Positions 19,498 through 30,615 of a DNA stretch of 64,000 nt are shown piece after piece (position 1 is the stretch's first letter; each line of letters opens with the position of its first letter). A program made the position numbers and the translations under genes. Where the stretch lies: contig JAZDMX010000003.1 of assembly GCA_043800555.1 (NCBI GenBank), positions 97,947-161,946 of the forward strand, given 5' to 3'. This stretch comes from Candidatus Omnitrophota bacterium. Lineage in GTDB: Bacteria > Omnitrophota > Gorgyraeia > Gygaellales > Profunditerraquicolaceae. The notes beneath the pieces are model-generated. The model had not been told where the DNA came from, searched no databases, and saw nothing but the letters and a program-made list of their open reading frames with translations.

Positions 19498-19767
19498 ATG
19501 TTTAGCGTTATAATCGGTTTAATCGCCGCCACATTGACTATGTTTTCTTTTATCCCCCAGATAGCCAGGTCTCTGCGGACTAAGTCTGTCAAGGATGTCA
19601 GCCCGGTTACGTTATTTCAGCTTTCTGCGGGAGTTTTTCTTTGGATAGTATACGGCATCCTGCGCCGGGATCCGGTAATTATCCTGGCCAATGCAGTAAC
19701 CATCGTAAGTTTGTCGGCGCTTATATTCTTATATTTTAGGTTTGGCAAAGGCATGTCCGGCAGATAG
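19498..19767 (+). CDS. SemiSWEET (PQ-loop) sugar transporter
   Basis: 89 aa, 3 TM, FIPQI, TKSVKDVS, LWIVYG, ILAN. Confidence 0.88.
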   Translation: MFSVIIGLIAATLTMFSFIPQIARSLRTKSVKDVSPVTLFQLSAGVFLWIVYGILRRDPVIILANAVTIVSLSALIFLYFRFGKGMSGR

Positions 19768-19793
19768 GACTGTTCCTAATGGAGGGCCCCGGA

Positions 19794-20663
19794 ATGAAAG
19801 GAATTATCCTGGCAGGCGGAAAAGGCAGGCGGCTTTATCCCATCACTAAAGGCGTTTGCAAGCAGATGCTTCCTATTTACGATAAACCGATGATTTATTA
19901 CCCGCTTTCGGTTTTGATGCTGGCCGGAATAAGGGATATCCTGGTTATTTCTACTCCTAAAGATTTGCCCCGTTTTAAGGACCTGTTGGGAGATGGCGTA
20001 AGCCTGGGGGTTAAACTTTCTTATGCGTCGCAAGAGGCCCCTAAAGGCATTGCCCAAAGTTTTATCATCGCCGAAAGATTCATCGGAGATTCCAGCGTTT
20101 GCCTTATCCTCGGGGACAATGTTTTTTACGGTTACAATCTAAGCGAGCTTTTGCAGCAGGCAATTAAGATCAAGGATGGCGCGCTTGTTTTTGGTTATTA
20201 TGTCAAAGACCCCTGCCGTTATGGCGTAATTGAGTTTAACGGTAATTGCAAGGTAGCTTCGATCATAGAAAAGCCAAAGCGCCCTAAATCCAATTGGGTT
20301 GTTTCCGGGCTGTATTTTTATGATAACAAAGTAGTTGAAATCGCCAAGAAGCTTAAGCCTTCCAGCCGCGGAGAACTGGAGATTACCTCGGTCAATAATG
20401 CATACATCAAACGAGGCAAGCTAAAGGTCAAATTTCTCGGCCGGGGCCACGCCTGGCTGGATACGGGTACCTATGATTCTTTGATTGACGCTTCCATGTT
20501 TATCAAGGCGATCGAAGAGAGGCAGGGGCTAAAAATCGGCTGTATCGAAGAAGTCAGCTATCGGATGGGTTATATAAACAAGAAACAGTTATCGGCGCTG
20601 GCCTTAGAGATGCCTAACAGCTACGGAGAATATTTAAAGGATTTGTTAAGAAGAGCCAGGTAG
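19794..20663 (+). CDS. rfbA: Glucose-1-phosphate thymidylyltransferase
   Basis: GIILAGGKGRRLYPIT, YDKPMIYYPL, RGELEIT, WLDTGT; ATG 19794 after GGAGG. Confidence 0.96.
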   Translation: MKGIILAGGKGRRLYPITKGVCKQMLPIYDKPMIYYPLSVLMLAGIRDILVISTPKDLPRFKDLLGDGVSLGVKLSYASQEAPKGIAQSFIIAERFIGDSSVCLILGDNVFYGYNLSELLQQAIKIKDGALVFGYYVKDPCRYGVIEFNGNCKVASIIEKPKRPKSNWVVSGLYFYDNKVVEIAKKLKPSSRGELEITSVNNAYIKRGKLKVKFLGRGHAWLDTGTYDSLIDASMFIKAIEERQGLKIGCIEEVSYRMGYINKKQLSALALEMPNSYGEYLKDLLRRAR

Positions 20664-20735
20664 CCGCCTATCCCCACAGCCAAAACGCCATTCTCGCAGG
20701 AGGCGCTGCCAAAAGGGAGAATATCTTACCCGGAA

Positions 20736-21557
20736 ATGAATAAAAAAATCCTAATTTTAGGCAAAGGCTTTATCGGCCAAAGGCTGCAAAAGGATTTCGG
20801 TTGCGCCATTTGCAAGGAGTTTATCCGGAGCCTTAAGGACGCCCAGAGGATAATCAAAAAATATAACCCCGGGATCATCATTAATTGCATAGGCTCTACC
20901 GGAAAAAATAACGTGGATGGCTGTGAATCCGCCAAGGACGCTACTTTGCTGGCTAACAGCTTTGTCCCCGTTATCCTTGCGGAAGCCTCCTTGCGCAGCA
21001 ATATAAAGTTGGTCCATATCAGCAGCGGGTGTATTTTTAAGTTTAACTATGCCTTGGATAAGCCGGTATCAGAAGATAAATCGCCGGATTTTTTCGGCCT
21101 ATTTTATAGCCGTTCCAAGATCTATTCCGATTTAGCTTTAGCCGAACTTAGCAAAAAATACGATATTTTGATCTGCCGCATCCGCATCCCCTTATTGAAC
21201 CAGCCGCATCCGAAGAATATCCTGGATAAATTGATTAAATACAGGAAGGTAATAACTTTGAGGAATTCCGTGACCTATATCCCTGATTTTTCCAGGGCGC
21301 TTACGCATTTGATCAAAATTGGCGCAAGAGGGATTTATAACGTGGTGAATAAGGGCGGATTGAGTTACCCCGAACTTATGGATATTTATACGAAATACGT
21401 GCCGGATTTTAAGTATAAAACAATCGATTTCCGCAAGCTTGGGCTGGTGCGCACGAATTTACTGATCTCCGCGCGCAAGCTTGAGAAAACGGGTTTTAAG
21501 GTGCGGCCGATTGATTCGGTCCTCGAAGAATGCGTAAGAGAATACCTAAAATATTAA
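20736..21557 (+). CDS. NRS/ER (UER1)-type bifunctional NDP-4-keto-6-deoxyglucose 3,5-epimerase/4-reductase (RmlD superfamily)
   Basis: TGKNNVDGCE, SSGCIF, FYSRSK, RIRIP, NILDKLIKYRKV, NSVTY, GIYNVVNKG resemble the plant UER1 pattern; sits between rfbA and rfbB. Confidence 0.75.
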   Translation: MNKKILILGKGFIGQRLQKDFGCAICKEFIRSLKDAQRIIKKYNPGIIINCIGSTGKNNVDGCESAKDATLLANSFVPVILAEASLRSNIKLVHISSGCIFKFNYALDKPVSEDKSPDFFGLFYSRSKIYSDLALAELSKKYDILICRIRIPLLNQPHPKNILDKLIKYRKVITLRNSVTYIPDFSRALTHLIKIGARGIYNVVNKGGLSYPELMDIYTKYVPDFKYKTIDFRKLGLVRTNLLISARKLEKTGFKVRPIDSVLEECVREYLKY

Positions 21558-22549
21558 TTACCGGAGGCGCGGGGTTTATCGGCAGCGCCTTTACGCGGTT
21601 ACTTATAAGGGGCGGTTCTCTGGCTACCGGCCGTAAGAATAGCGCATTTCCCGTAGTAGTTGATAACCTCACTTATGCCGGAGACCTCCAGCGGCTTAAA
21701 GAGGTAGAAGGAAGGTTTAAATTCTACAAAGCGGATATCTGCGATAAAAATGCGGTTAGTGCTATTTTTTCTAGAGGGAGGCCGGATATCGTAGTGCATT
21801 TAGCCGCAGAGAGCCACGTTGACCGCAGCATTAAAGACGCCTCCATTTTTATTGATACTAATATTAAAGGAACGCAAGTTTTGGTTGACGCCAGCCGCAA
21901 ATACTGCGTAAAAAGATTTATCTTTATCTCTACCGACGAAGTTTACGGAGAAATAGCCGATGGCAGGTTTAATGAAAGCTCTCCTATCCGGCCGAACAGC
22001 CCTTATGCGGCTTCTAAGGCATCAGCAGACCTGTTGGTCCAGGCTTATATCCGGACCTATAAATTCCCCGCGGTAATTATCCGGCCGTCAAATAGTTATG
22101 GGCCATGGCAATACCCGGAGAAGTTAATTCCGCTGGCTATCTTGAGGGTATTGGGCGGCGCTAAGGTCCCGGTTTACGGAAAAGGCAAGAACGTGCGCCA
22201 GTGGCTCTATGTTGACGATTGCGCGCGGGGTATCCTGGCGGTAATGAATAAGGGTGAAATCGCAAAGGCCTATAACTTAGGGGGAGCTTGCGAAAGCAGG
22301 AATATCGATACGGTAAAAATGCTGTTAAAGGCCCTTGGCGTCAGCCCGCAGAGGCTTGAATTTGTTAGTGACCGCCCAGGCCATGACATAAGATATAGCC
22401 TTGACTCCAGAAGAATCTCCGGTGAAACCGGCTGGAGGCCGGATGTTGATTTTACCCAAGGCCTTAAGCTTACCGTAGATTGGTCGCTAAGGCATCGAAG
22501 CTGGCTTGAGAGTAAATTAAAGGACATAAACAAGCTGTATAATAAATAA
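21530..22549 (+). CDS. rfbB: dTDP-glucose 4,6-dehydratase
   Basis: [45 protein letters not shown]. Confidence 0.95.
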   Translation: MRKRIPKILITGGAGFIGSAFTRLLIRGGSLATGRKNSAFPVVVDNLTYAGDLQRLKEVEGRFKFYKADICDKNAVSAIFSRGRPDIVVHLAAESHVDRSIKDASIFIDTNIKGTQVLVDASRKYCVKRFIFISTDEVYGEIADGRFNESSPIRPNSPYAASKASADLLVQAYIRTYKFPAVIIRPSNSYGPWQYPEKLIPLAILRVLGGAKVPVYGKGKNVRQWLYVDDCARGILAVMNKGEIAKAYNLGGACESRNIDTVKMLLKALGVSPQRLEFVSDRPGHDIRYSLDSRRISGETGWRPDVDFTQGLKLTVDWSLRHRSWLESKLKDINKLYNK

Positions 22550-22559
22550 GGAGTTTTTC

Positions 22560-23621
22560 ATGCCTGTTGTTTTGGTCAGCGGTTCCTGCGGTTTAATTGG
22601 TTCCGAGACAGCCGGGTTTTTTGCCCAAAAAGGGTTTGATGTCGTTGGCATCGACAATAATATGCGTAAAACTTTTTTTGGCGAAGACGGCTCCATCCTT
22701 TGGAATAAAGAGCGCCTGCGGAAGAAATACAAAAACTACGCGCATTATTCCGTAGATATCCGCGACGAAAATAAAATAAACAGGATCTTTAGGCGGTTCG
22801 GCCCGCAGATCGCTTTAATCGTCCATACGGCGGCCCAGCCGTCGCATGACTGGGCGGCGAAAGACCCGTTGGTTGATTTTGGCGTCAATGCCGACGGCAC
22901 GCTGGTAATGCTGGAGGCAATGCGTAAGTTGGCGCCGGAAGCAGTTTTTATTTTTACCTCGACCAATAAAGTTTACGGCGATACCCCTAACCGCCTGCCG
23001 TTAATTGAGAAAGAAAAACGCTTTGAGATTTCCCCGGAACATAAATATTACCGGGGTATTGATGAGGGTATGAGTATTGACGGATGCCTGCATTCGGTTT
23101 TCGGCGCCTCAAAAGTCGCCGCAGACATAATGACGCAGGAATACGGCAGGTATTTTAATCTGCGCACAGCGGTGTTTCGCGGCGGATGTCTCACCGGCCC
23201 GGCGCATTCAGCAGCGGAATTGCACGGGTTTTTATCCTACCTGGTCAAATGCGCCGTGACAAGACGCAAATATAAGATTTATGGCTACAAAGGCAAGCAG
23301 GTCAGGGATAACATACATTCTTTTGACCTGGTAAACGCGTTTTATCATTATTTCCAGGCCCCCCGGTGCGGCGAAGTTTATAACATAGGCGGAGGCAGGT
23401 TCGCAAATGTTTCTATCCTGGAAGCGATTGAATTTTGCGAGGCGCTGACAGGGGAAAAATTCGAATATGAATATATCGATACTAACCGTATCGGCGACCA
23501 TATCTGGTGGGTCAGCGATGTCTCCAAGTTTAAATCGCATTATCCCGGCTGGCAGTATAAATTCGGCATAGAAGATACGATGAAGCAAATTTACCTGGCC
23601 CAGAAAGGGTTGTCGCAATAG
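22560..23621 (+). CDS. NAD-dependent epimerase, CDP-paratose 2-epimerase (RfbE)-like
   Basis: [32 protein letters not shown]; catalytic motif reads FGASK. Confidence 0.75.
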   Translation: MPVVLVSGSCGLIGSETAGFFAQKGFDVVGIDNNMRKTFFGEDGSILWNKERLRKKYKNYAHYSVDIRDENKINRIFRRFGPQIALIVHTAAQPSHDWAAKDPLVDFGVNADGTLVMLEAMRKLAPEAVFIFTSTNKVYGDTPNRLPLIEKEKRFEISPEHKYYRGIDEGMSIDGCLHSVFGASKVAADIMTQEYGRYFNLRTAVFRGGCLTGPAHSAAELHGFLSYLVKCAVTRRKYKIYGYKGKQVRDNIHSFDLVNAFYHYFQAPRCGEVYNIGGGRFANVSILEAIEFCEALTGEKFEYEYIDTNRIGDHIWWVSDVSKFKSHYPGWQYKFGIEDTMKQIYLAQKGLSQ

Positions 23622-23748
23622 GATCGGCTGCTTGCCGGATACAAGCAGCATCAGCTTGGCCGGCTTTTTACCTTGCGAAAGGAAACTGCCCTGATTTGGG
23701 TTTATTCGGCGCATCATTCATCAATGAGGTTGATATTTCAAGGTTTAA

Positions 23749-24792
23749 ATGAGATATAATAATATTCTAATTACCGGAGGCGCCGGTTTCATCGGCAGTA
23801 ACCTGGCGGTCTATTTCAAGCGTGAATACCCGCGGATGAAAGTGTTTGCTTTGGATAACCTGGCGCGCCGGGGAAGCGAATTTAACCTGCCGCGCCTTAA
23901 GGAAAACGGCATTAAATTCATCCTTGGGGATGTCCGTTACCCTAAAGACATGCGCCTAGGATTCGACATAGACCTGCTACTGGACTGTTCCGCCGAACCG
24001 TCGGTTTTGGCGGGTTATGATAACCCTTCCTATATCATTGATGCCAACCTGATGGGCACTGTTAATTGCCTGGAGTTTTGCCGCAAGCGAAAAGCGGGGA
24101 TGATTTTTCTTTCCACCAGCAGGGTTTATCCCTATGAGGAAATAAACGCGATCAGGCGCCGGGAAACAAAAAGCAGGTTTGAGTGGGATAACCCTGGCGG
24201 TATTGATACGGATTTTTCCCTGGCCGGCCCAAAGACCTTATACGGGGCGACTAAACTGGCCGGCGAGTTTATCCTTCAGGAGTATGCCGCCGCATACGGC
24301 ATCAAGGCGGTTGTGGACCGCTGCGGAGTAGTCGCCGGGCCATGGCAGTTCGGCAAGGTTGACCAGGGCGTTTTTACTTATTGGATGCTGGCGCACTATT
24401 TCAAGAAACCGCTTAAATATATCGGTTTTGGAGGCCAGGGTAAGCAGGTGCGCGACCTCTTGCATATTGATGACCTTTGCCGGTTAATCGGCCTGCAGGC
24501 AAACAGCCTTGGCGAATTAAGCGGGAATACTTATAATGTCGGCGGTTCAAGAGAAATAAGCCTCTCTTTATTGGAAACTACAGCGTTTTGCCGGCAGATT
24601 TCCGGCAATAAGGTAAGAGTAGGCCGGAATCTGCGCAACCGGCCGGGAGATATCGCGGTTTATCTTACTAATAACGAAAAAGTTACCCGTGACTTTAAAT
24701 GGAAGCCGCGCAAGGCATCCGCAACTATCCTGAATGATATTTTTGGCTGGATCAGGAATAATGAGGCAAAGCTAAAGAAGCTATGCGGTTAA
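23749..24792 (+). CDS. NAD-dependent epimerase, CDP-paratose 2-epimerase (RfbE)-like
   Basis: [45 protein letters not shown]. Confidence 0.75.
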   Translation: MRYNNILITGGAGFIGSNLAVYFKREYPRMKVFALDNLARRGSEFNLPRLKENGIKFILGDVRYPKDMRLGFDIDLLLDCSAEPSVLAGYDNPSYIIDANLMGTVNCLEFCRKRKAGMIFLSTSRVYPYEEINAIRRRETKSRFEWDNPGGIDTDFSLAGPKTLYGATKLAGEFILQEYAAAYGIKAVVDRCGVVAGPWQFGKVDQGVFTYWMLAHYFKKPLKYIGFGGQGKQVRDLLHIDDLCRLIGLQANSLGELSGNTYNVGGSREISLSLLETTAFCRQISGNKVRVGRNLRNRPGDIAVYLTNNEKVTRDFKWKPRKASATILNDIFGWIRNNEAKLKKLCG

Positions 24793-24798
24793 ATTAGC

Positions 24799-25539
24799 AT
24801 GGTTATTCAAGATACCCTGCGTAAACGTTTTATCTGCGCCGAAACCGATTCCCTGGTTATAGAAACAATCCAAACTGAATCCAAAACCCTGCGTCAGCGC
24901 CTAAGAATGCTTAAGCTTAAAGGGGCTTGGCGCGCTAATAGCCGGAATGAGCTTTGTTTTGATGTTGCCCTGCGCAAAGGCCGGCCGCAAACCTATACCT
25001 TTAAAGGGGCTTGGAAGCTGGATGATAACCAGCAGATTGAATATAGCAGCGGCCAAGGCCCGGATGTATTAACCTTAAAAGGGCACTGGGATATATCTTC
25101 GGCTAACCGGCTTGTTTATATTTTAGAAGGCAGTTCAACCTCGCGTTTTGAATTCAAGGCCCAGCTTGAGTCGCCTGTAATTTATCCTAAGGCAGGCCAG
25201 ATCCGCTACCGTATCGGCATAGGTAGCCGTAAAAGCCGGCTGACTGGCGGGCAGCTGCTTATTTTCTATGGTGAATGGAAATTTGGCCGTAATTTAGGGT
25301 TGGTTTTCCAGATGGATTATGGCCAGGGACGGGTTAAAGCCATTCTCTTTGGGGCAGAGTTAACCTTTGGCCGTAATAAGGTTATTTTTGCGCTTAAGAG
25401 CGAACTTGGCGAACCTTTAGGGATGGCCCTTACCATGACACATAAATACTTGGAACATCTTGATACTAAAGCTTTTATAAGATTAAAATCCCGCAGCAAA
25501 GAACAGGCAGTAGAAGCCGGCATAACTATCCCCTTTTAA
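24799..25539 (+). CDS. Hypothetical beta-rich protein with repeated GxW motifs and C-terminal Phe
   Basis: 246-aa co-oriented ORF; LKGAW, FKGAW, LKGHW, FYGEW; ends EAGITIPF. Confidence 0.6.
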   Translation: MVIQDTLRKRFICAETDSLVIETIQTESKTLRQRLRMLKLKGAWRANSRNELCFDVALRKGRPQTYTFKGAWKLDDNQQIEYSSGQGPDVLTLKGHWDISSANRLVYILEGSSTSRFEFKAQLESPVIYPKAGQIRYRIGIGSRKSRLTGGQLLIFYGEWKFGRNLGLVFQMDYGQGRVKAILFGAELTFGRNKVIFALKSELGEPLGMALTMTHKYLEHLDTKAFIRLKSRSKEQAVEAGITIPF

Positions 25540-25551
25540 CCAAAAAAATCC

Positions 25552-25579
25552 TTTGCTCCCCAGGCTTTAATGATATAAT
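25552..25579 (+). promoter_or_regulatory. Extended -10 promoter upstream of C1 peptidase and gmd
   Basis: TGA-TATAAT (25571-25579) with weak -35 TTTGCT/TTGCTC at 25552-25558. Confidence 0.55.
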
Positions 25580-25655
25580 ATCTCCCGGTGTTACCGCTGC
25601 GCGCCCGAATGGGCGAGATAGTTTCAGGCTAAGCATCAAAAATGCGGAGGTAGAT

Positions 25656-26390
25656 GTGTTAAAACAATACGGCTGGCTGCCTGACATCCCGGATAAACGC
25701 GATTTACTCTACAGTTCTATTAAGCCCCGCATTAAGCTTCTTCCTAAAGTTGATTTGCGTAAAAACTGTCCACAAATAGAGCGCCAGGGAAACCTTGGCA
25801 GCTGCACTGCTTGTGCCCTGGCCGGAAACATTGAATACCTGGATAACCTTTTGGATTTTATTTATACTGACGTTAGCCGGCTTTTTATCTATTATAACGA
25901 AAGGGCCCTGGAGGGAACGCAAGATTATGACGCCGGAGCGTCTTTGCGCGACGGCATAAAGTCCCTGAGGAAAACCGGTTATTGCTGGGAGGCATCCTGG
26001 CCTTATAAAATCGTTTTTTTTAGCCGGAAACCCCCGGTTCGCTGCTATAGAGAAGCCAGGCAGCATTGTATCCAATCCTACCATCGTATCAATAATTTAA
26101 GGGAAATGCTGGTTTGTTTGAGCCAGGGGTATCCTTTTGTTTTTGGTTTTACCGTTTATGAGAGCTTTGAGGGCCCGGCTGTAAAACGCACGGGTATCGC
26201 GAATATGCCTGAAAAAGGAGAGCGTGTTTTAGGCGGCCACGCCGTAATGGCAGTTGGTTATAACCAAAAAGAAAAGAGGTTCCTTGTCCGTAATTCCTGG
26301 GGTAAGCAATGGGGTAAGGGAGGGTATTTTACCCTGCCTTTTGAATACCTGGAAACCCTGGCCGCGGATTTCTGGACAATAAGGAAGTAG
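25656..26390 (+). CDS. Papain-family (C1A) cysteine peptidase, xylellain-like
   Basis: YGWLPDIPD..D N-terminus; QGNLGSCTA (Cys), SRLFIYYNER, GGHAV (His), RNSWG (Asn); GGAGG RBS. Confidence 0.9.
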   Translation: MLKQYGWLPDIPDKRDLLYSSIKPRIKLLPKVDLRKNCPQIERQGNLGSCTACALAGNIEYLDNLLDFIYTDVSRLFIYYNERALEGTQDYDAGASLRDGIKSLRKTGYCWEASWPYKIVFFSRKPPVRCYREARQHCIQSYHRINNLREMLVCLSQGYPFVFGFTVYESFEGPAVKRTGIANMPEKGERVLGGHAVMAVGYNQKEKRFLVRNSWGKQWGKGGYFTLPFEYLETLAADFWTIRK

Positions 26391-26399
26391 AGGGATAAG

Positions 26400-27439
26400 A
26401 TGAAAAAGGCGTTAATTACCGGAGCTACCGGCCAAGACGGTTCGTACCTGGTGGAGTTACTCTTATCTAAAGGATACGAAGTCCATGGCATTATCCGCCG
26501 GGCAAGCACTTTTAATACCGGCAGGCTCAACCATATCTATACCGATCCGCACGAGCCTAAGGCCAAATTGTTCCTGCACTACGGCGATATTTCCGATGCC
26601 GAGCAAATCAACAATATTATTTTCAATATTAAACCTGACGAAGTGTACCATTTAGCCGCGCAAAGCCATGTGCGGGTAAGTTTCGATATTCCCGAATACA
26701 CCGGCAATATCACTGCTTTAGGCGCCACGCGTATCCTGGAATCGATCCGCCGGAGCGATAGGAAGATTAAACTCTACCAGGCCTCCAGCAGCGAGATGCT
26801 GGGGGCAGCGCATCCTCCGCAGTCGGAGGCTACGCCTTTTCAGCCGCAAAGCCCCTATGCCTGCGCCAAGGTTTACGCGTATTGGATGGTTAAAAACTAC
26901 CGTGAAGGCTACGGTTTATTTGCCTGCAACGGCATACTTTTTAACCATGAGTCGCCCAGGAGAGGGGAGACATTTGTTACCCGTAAAGTTACCCGCGCTC
27001 TCGCCGGTATCTTAGCCGGCAAGCAAAAGAAACTTTACCTGGGTAACCTTGAAGCAAAGCGCGACTGGGGCTTTGCCCCGGAGTATGTCGAAGGCATGTG
27101 GAAAATCCTCCAGCAGGAAAAACCGGATGATTTTGTTTTAGGCACGGGCCAGTCGCATGCGGTGAAGGAATTTGTCCAAGCGGCATTTGCTTACGCGGGA
27201 TTAAACTGGAAGAAATACGTATTGATTGACAAGAGGTATTTCCGCCCGACAGAAGTAAATGTGCTTAAGGCCGACCCATCCAAAGCCAAAAAGGCCTTAG
27301 GCTGGAAACCCAAAGTTACCTTCGATGATTTAGCCAAGATTATGGTTGATGCCGATATGCGCCAGATCGGCCTTAAGCCTATCGGCGAAGGCGATAAGAT
27401 TTTAAAACTAAAATTCACCAACAGGTGGTGGAAGGTCGA

Positions 27440-27443
<4 letters not shown>
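26400..27443 (+). CDS. gmd: GDP-mannose 4,6-dehydratase
   Basis: [40 protein letters not shown]. Confidence 0.96.
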
Positions 27444-28463
<1,020 letters not shown>

Positions 28464-28464
28464 T

Positions 28465-29679
28465 ATGAGTAACCTTAGCAGGAAAAAGAAATCCGATAAT
28501 CTAAACGCTAAAGGCTGGAGGTTTGCAGGCAACGAAAGGCGGTATTTGGATGAGGTTTTATCTAACGGCTTTACCGCCGGAGGAACCGGGACAATGACCG
28601 AACGTTTAGAAAACGGTTTTGCCGCTCTCCACAAAAAGAAATACGCCATTGGCGCAAATTCCGGGACTTCTACTTTACATATGGCGTTAAAGGCTTTTGG
28701 GGTAGGCCCCGGAGATGAAGTCATCGTCCCCGGGCTTACGGTGGCTATGTGCGGGTTTGCAATCTGGCAGTGCCAGGCAACCCCGGTTTTTACGGATGTG
28801 CGCGAAGATACCTTCCTGCTTGATCCTGCGGATATAGAAAAAAAGATAAGCAAAAAGACAAAACCGATTATGCCAGTGCATCTTTATGGCTTAATGTGCG
28901 ATATGGGGGCTATCCTCAAAATTGCCAAGAAGCACGATTTATATATTGTTGAAGACTGCGCTCAATGCTACCTGGCCGAAGATGGCGCGGGCAGGATAGC
29001 CGGCACCGCAGGAGATGTCGGTAGCTGGAGTTTTGAGAATTCAAAACATATATCTACGGGAGACGGGGGGATAGTGCTTACGGATAATGAGCGCCTGGCA
29101 GAGTATATGAGGCAATTCGGAGGCGTAGGCTTTAAGAATATTACCGCAACTAGCGGTAAGGTAAGAATTGATAGGGATAAATTTCAAGATCCGTCCTGGC
29201 TACGGCATAGCATACCGGCTTATAACTACAGGCTTCCTGAATTATGCGCAGCTGTTGCCTTGGCCCAGTTAGAGCGGGTAAAATTATTTTGTAAGCTCAG
29301 GATAACCATGGGATTGGGTTATCTTGAAGTCATCCGCAGGACAAAAACCAGGCTCCTGGTTCCCCAAAAGACCCCGCGGGGATATACGCATTCGTATTTT
29401 ACGTTTGCCGCCCTTTTCAGGGGAGGCGAGTGCGGGATAGGCTGGCAGGAATTCAGGAAAAAGCATATCGAAAACGGGGGAGACGGCATTTACGCCGCCT
29501 GGCAGACATTGAATAATGAGCCTTGTTTCAAGAACAATAATATCGGCTATGGGAGGATCCCTGTCGCGGAAAAGCTCCAGCAAAATCTTATGCAATTTAC
29601 CACTAACCAGCATGACGGGACGCAACGCAATAAGCAGTTCCAGGCTTTAGAGAAAACAATAAAATATTTTAGTAAGTAG
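28465..29679 (+). CDS. DegT/DnrJ/EryC1/StrS PLP-dependent sugar aminotransferase
   Basis: NSGTSTLH, GDEVIVP, PVHLYG, EDCAQ, SFENSKH..GDGG. Confidence 0.88.
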   Translation: MSNLSRKKKSDNLNAKGWRFAGNERRYLDEVLSNGFTAGGTGTMTERLENGFAALHKKKYAIGANSGTSTLHMALKAFGVGPGDEVIVPGLTVAMCGFAIWQCQATPVFTDVREDTFLLDPADIEKKISKKTKPIMPVHLYGLMCDMGAILKIAKKHDLYIVEDCAQCYLAEDGAGRIAGTAGDVGSWSFENSKHISTGDGGIVLTDNERLAEYMRQFGGVGFKNITATSGKVRIDRDKFQDPSWLRHSIPAYNYRLPELCAAVALAQLERVKLFCKLRITMGLGYLEVIRRTKTRLLVPQKTPRGYTHSYFTFAALFRGGECGIGWQEFRKKHIENGGDGIYAAWQTLNNEPCFKNNNIGYGRIPVAEKLQQNLMQFTTNQHDGTQRNKQFQALEKTIKYFSK

Positions 29680-29747
29680 CGTACCCGGCAGCCGTCTTCC
29701 CGGATGAGGCCATTGTTTAGGAATAAGTTATCTGGAGAATAAAAACG

Positions 29748-30608
29748 TTGGATAAACCGGTTAATAACGCGGAAAATATTTATGGGCCCCGGCAAGTCGT
29801 GGTCATTAAGCCCGGCAATCCCCCGGGGCAATACTGGGTAGATATCTGGCGCTACCGGGAATTATTCTATTTTCTTGCCTGGAGGGATATAATTGTCCGG
29901 TATAAGCAGACTATAATCGGAATCGCTTGGTCCTTGATACGCCCCTTCTTGACCTTGGTTGTTTTTACCGTTGTTTTTAGCAAGATCGCCAAGCTGCCGT
30001 CTTATGGCGCGCCTTATCCGGTATTGGTATTCGCCGGATTATTGCCGTGGCAGTTTTTTGCGAACGCCCTGTCCGAAAGCAGTAATTCGCTCATTGATAA
30101 TGAAAAATTGATTACAAAGGTATATTTCCCGCGTTTTATTGTCCCTTCCAGCACGGTTATAGTGAGCATCGTGGATTTCCTGCTTAATTTATTGATCCTT
30201 ATCGCAATAATGGCATGGTATCGCTTTGCCCCCGGCCCCAGGATAATGATCTTGCCGCTATTCTTTTTGTTCGCTGTTATTGTCGCTATGGGCGCCGGGC
30301 TATGGATGGCCACTTTGAATGTGAAATACCGCGATTTTCGCTATATAGTCCCTTTTGTAATACAATTCGGGCTTTATATTTCACCTGTCGGTTTTAGCAG
30401 CGCCGTTGTCCCGCAGAATTGGAGGTTATTGTATTCGTTAAACCCTATGGTCGGGGTAATTGATGGGTTCCGTTGGGCGATAATTGGCGGAGAGTCGCAT
30501 TTTTACTGGCCGGGATTTATTATCTCCATAATCCTGGCTTTAGTGATCTTTATATCGGGCTTATTTTATTTTCGTAAGGCAGAGAAAAAATTTGCGGATG
30601 TGATTTAG
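29748..30608 (+). CDS. wzm: Polysaccharide ABC transporter permease
   Basis: [36 protein letters not shown]. Confidence 0.93.
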   Translation: MDKPVNNAENIYGPRQVVVIKPGNPPGQYWVDIWRYRELFYFLAWRDIIVRYKQTIIGIAWSLIRPFLTLVVFTVVFSKIAKLPSYGAPYPVLVFAGLLPWQFFANALSESSNSLIDNEKLITKVYFPRFIVPSSTVIVSIVDFLLNLLILIAIMAWYRFAPGPRIMILPLFFLFAVIVAMGAGLWMATLNVKYRDFRYIVPFVIQFGLYISPVGFSSAVVPQNWRLLYSLNPMVGVIDGFRWAIIGGESHFYWPGFIISIILALVIFISGLFYFRKAEKKFADVI

Positions 30609-30615
30609 AGGGCTT

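Noticed and set aside
23627-23649. Hairpin GCTGCTTG-CCGGATA-CAAGCAGC as a terminator
   Set aside because: No U-tract directly after it; lies between two apparently linked paralogs
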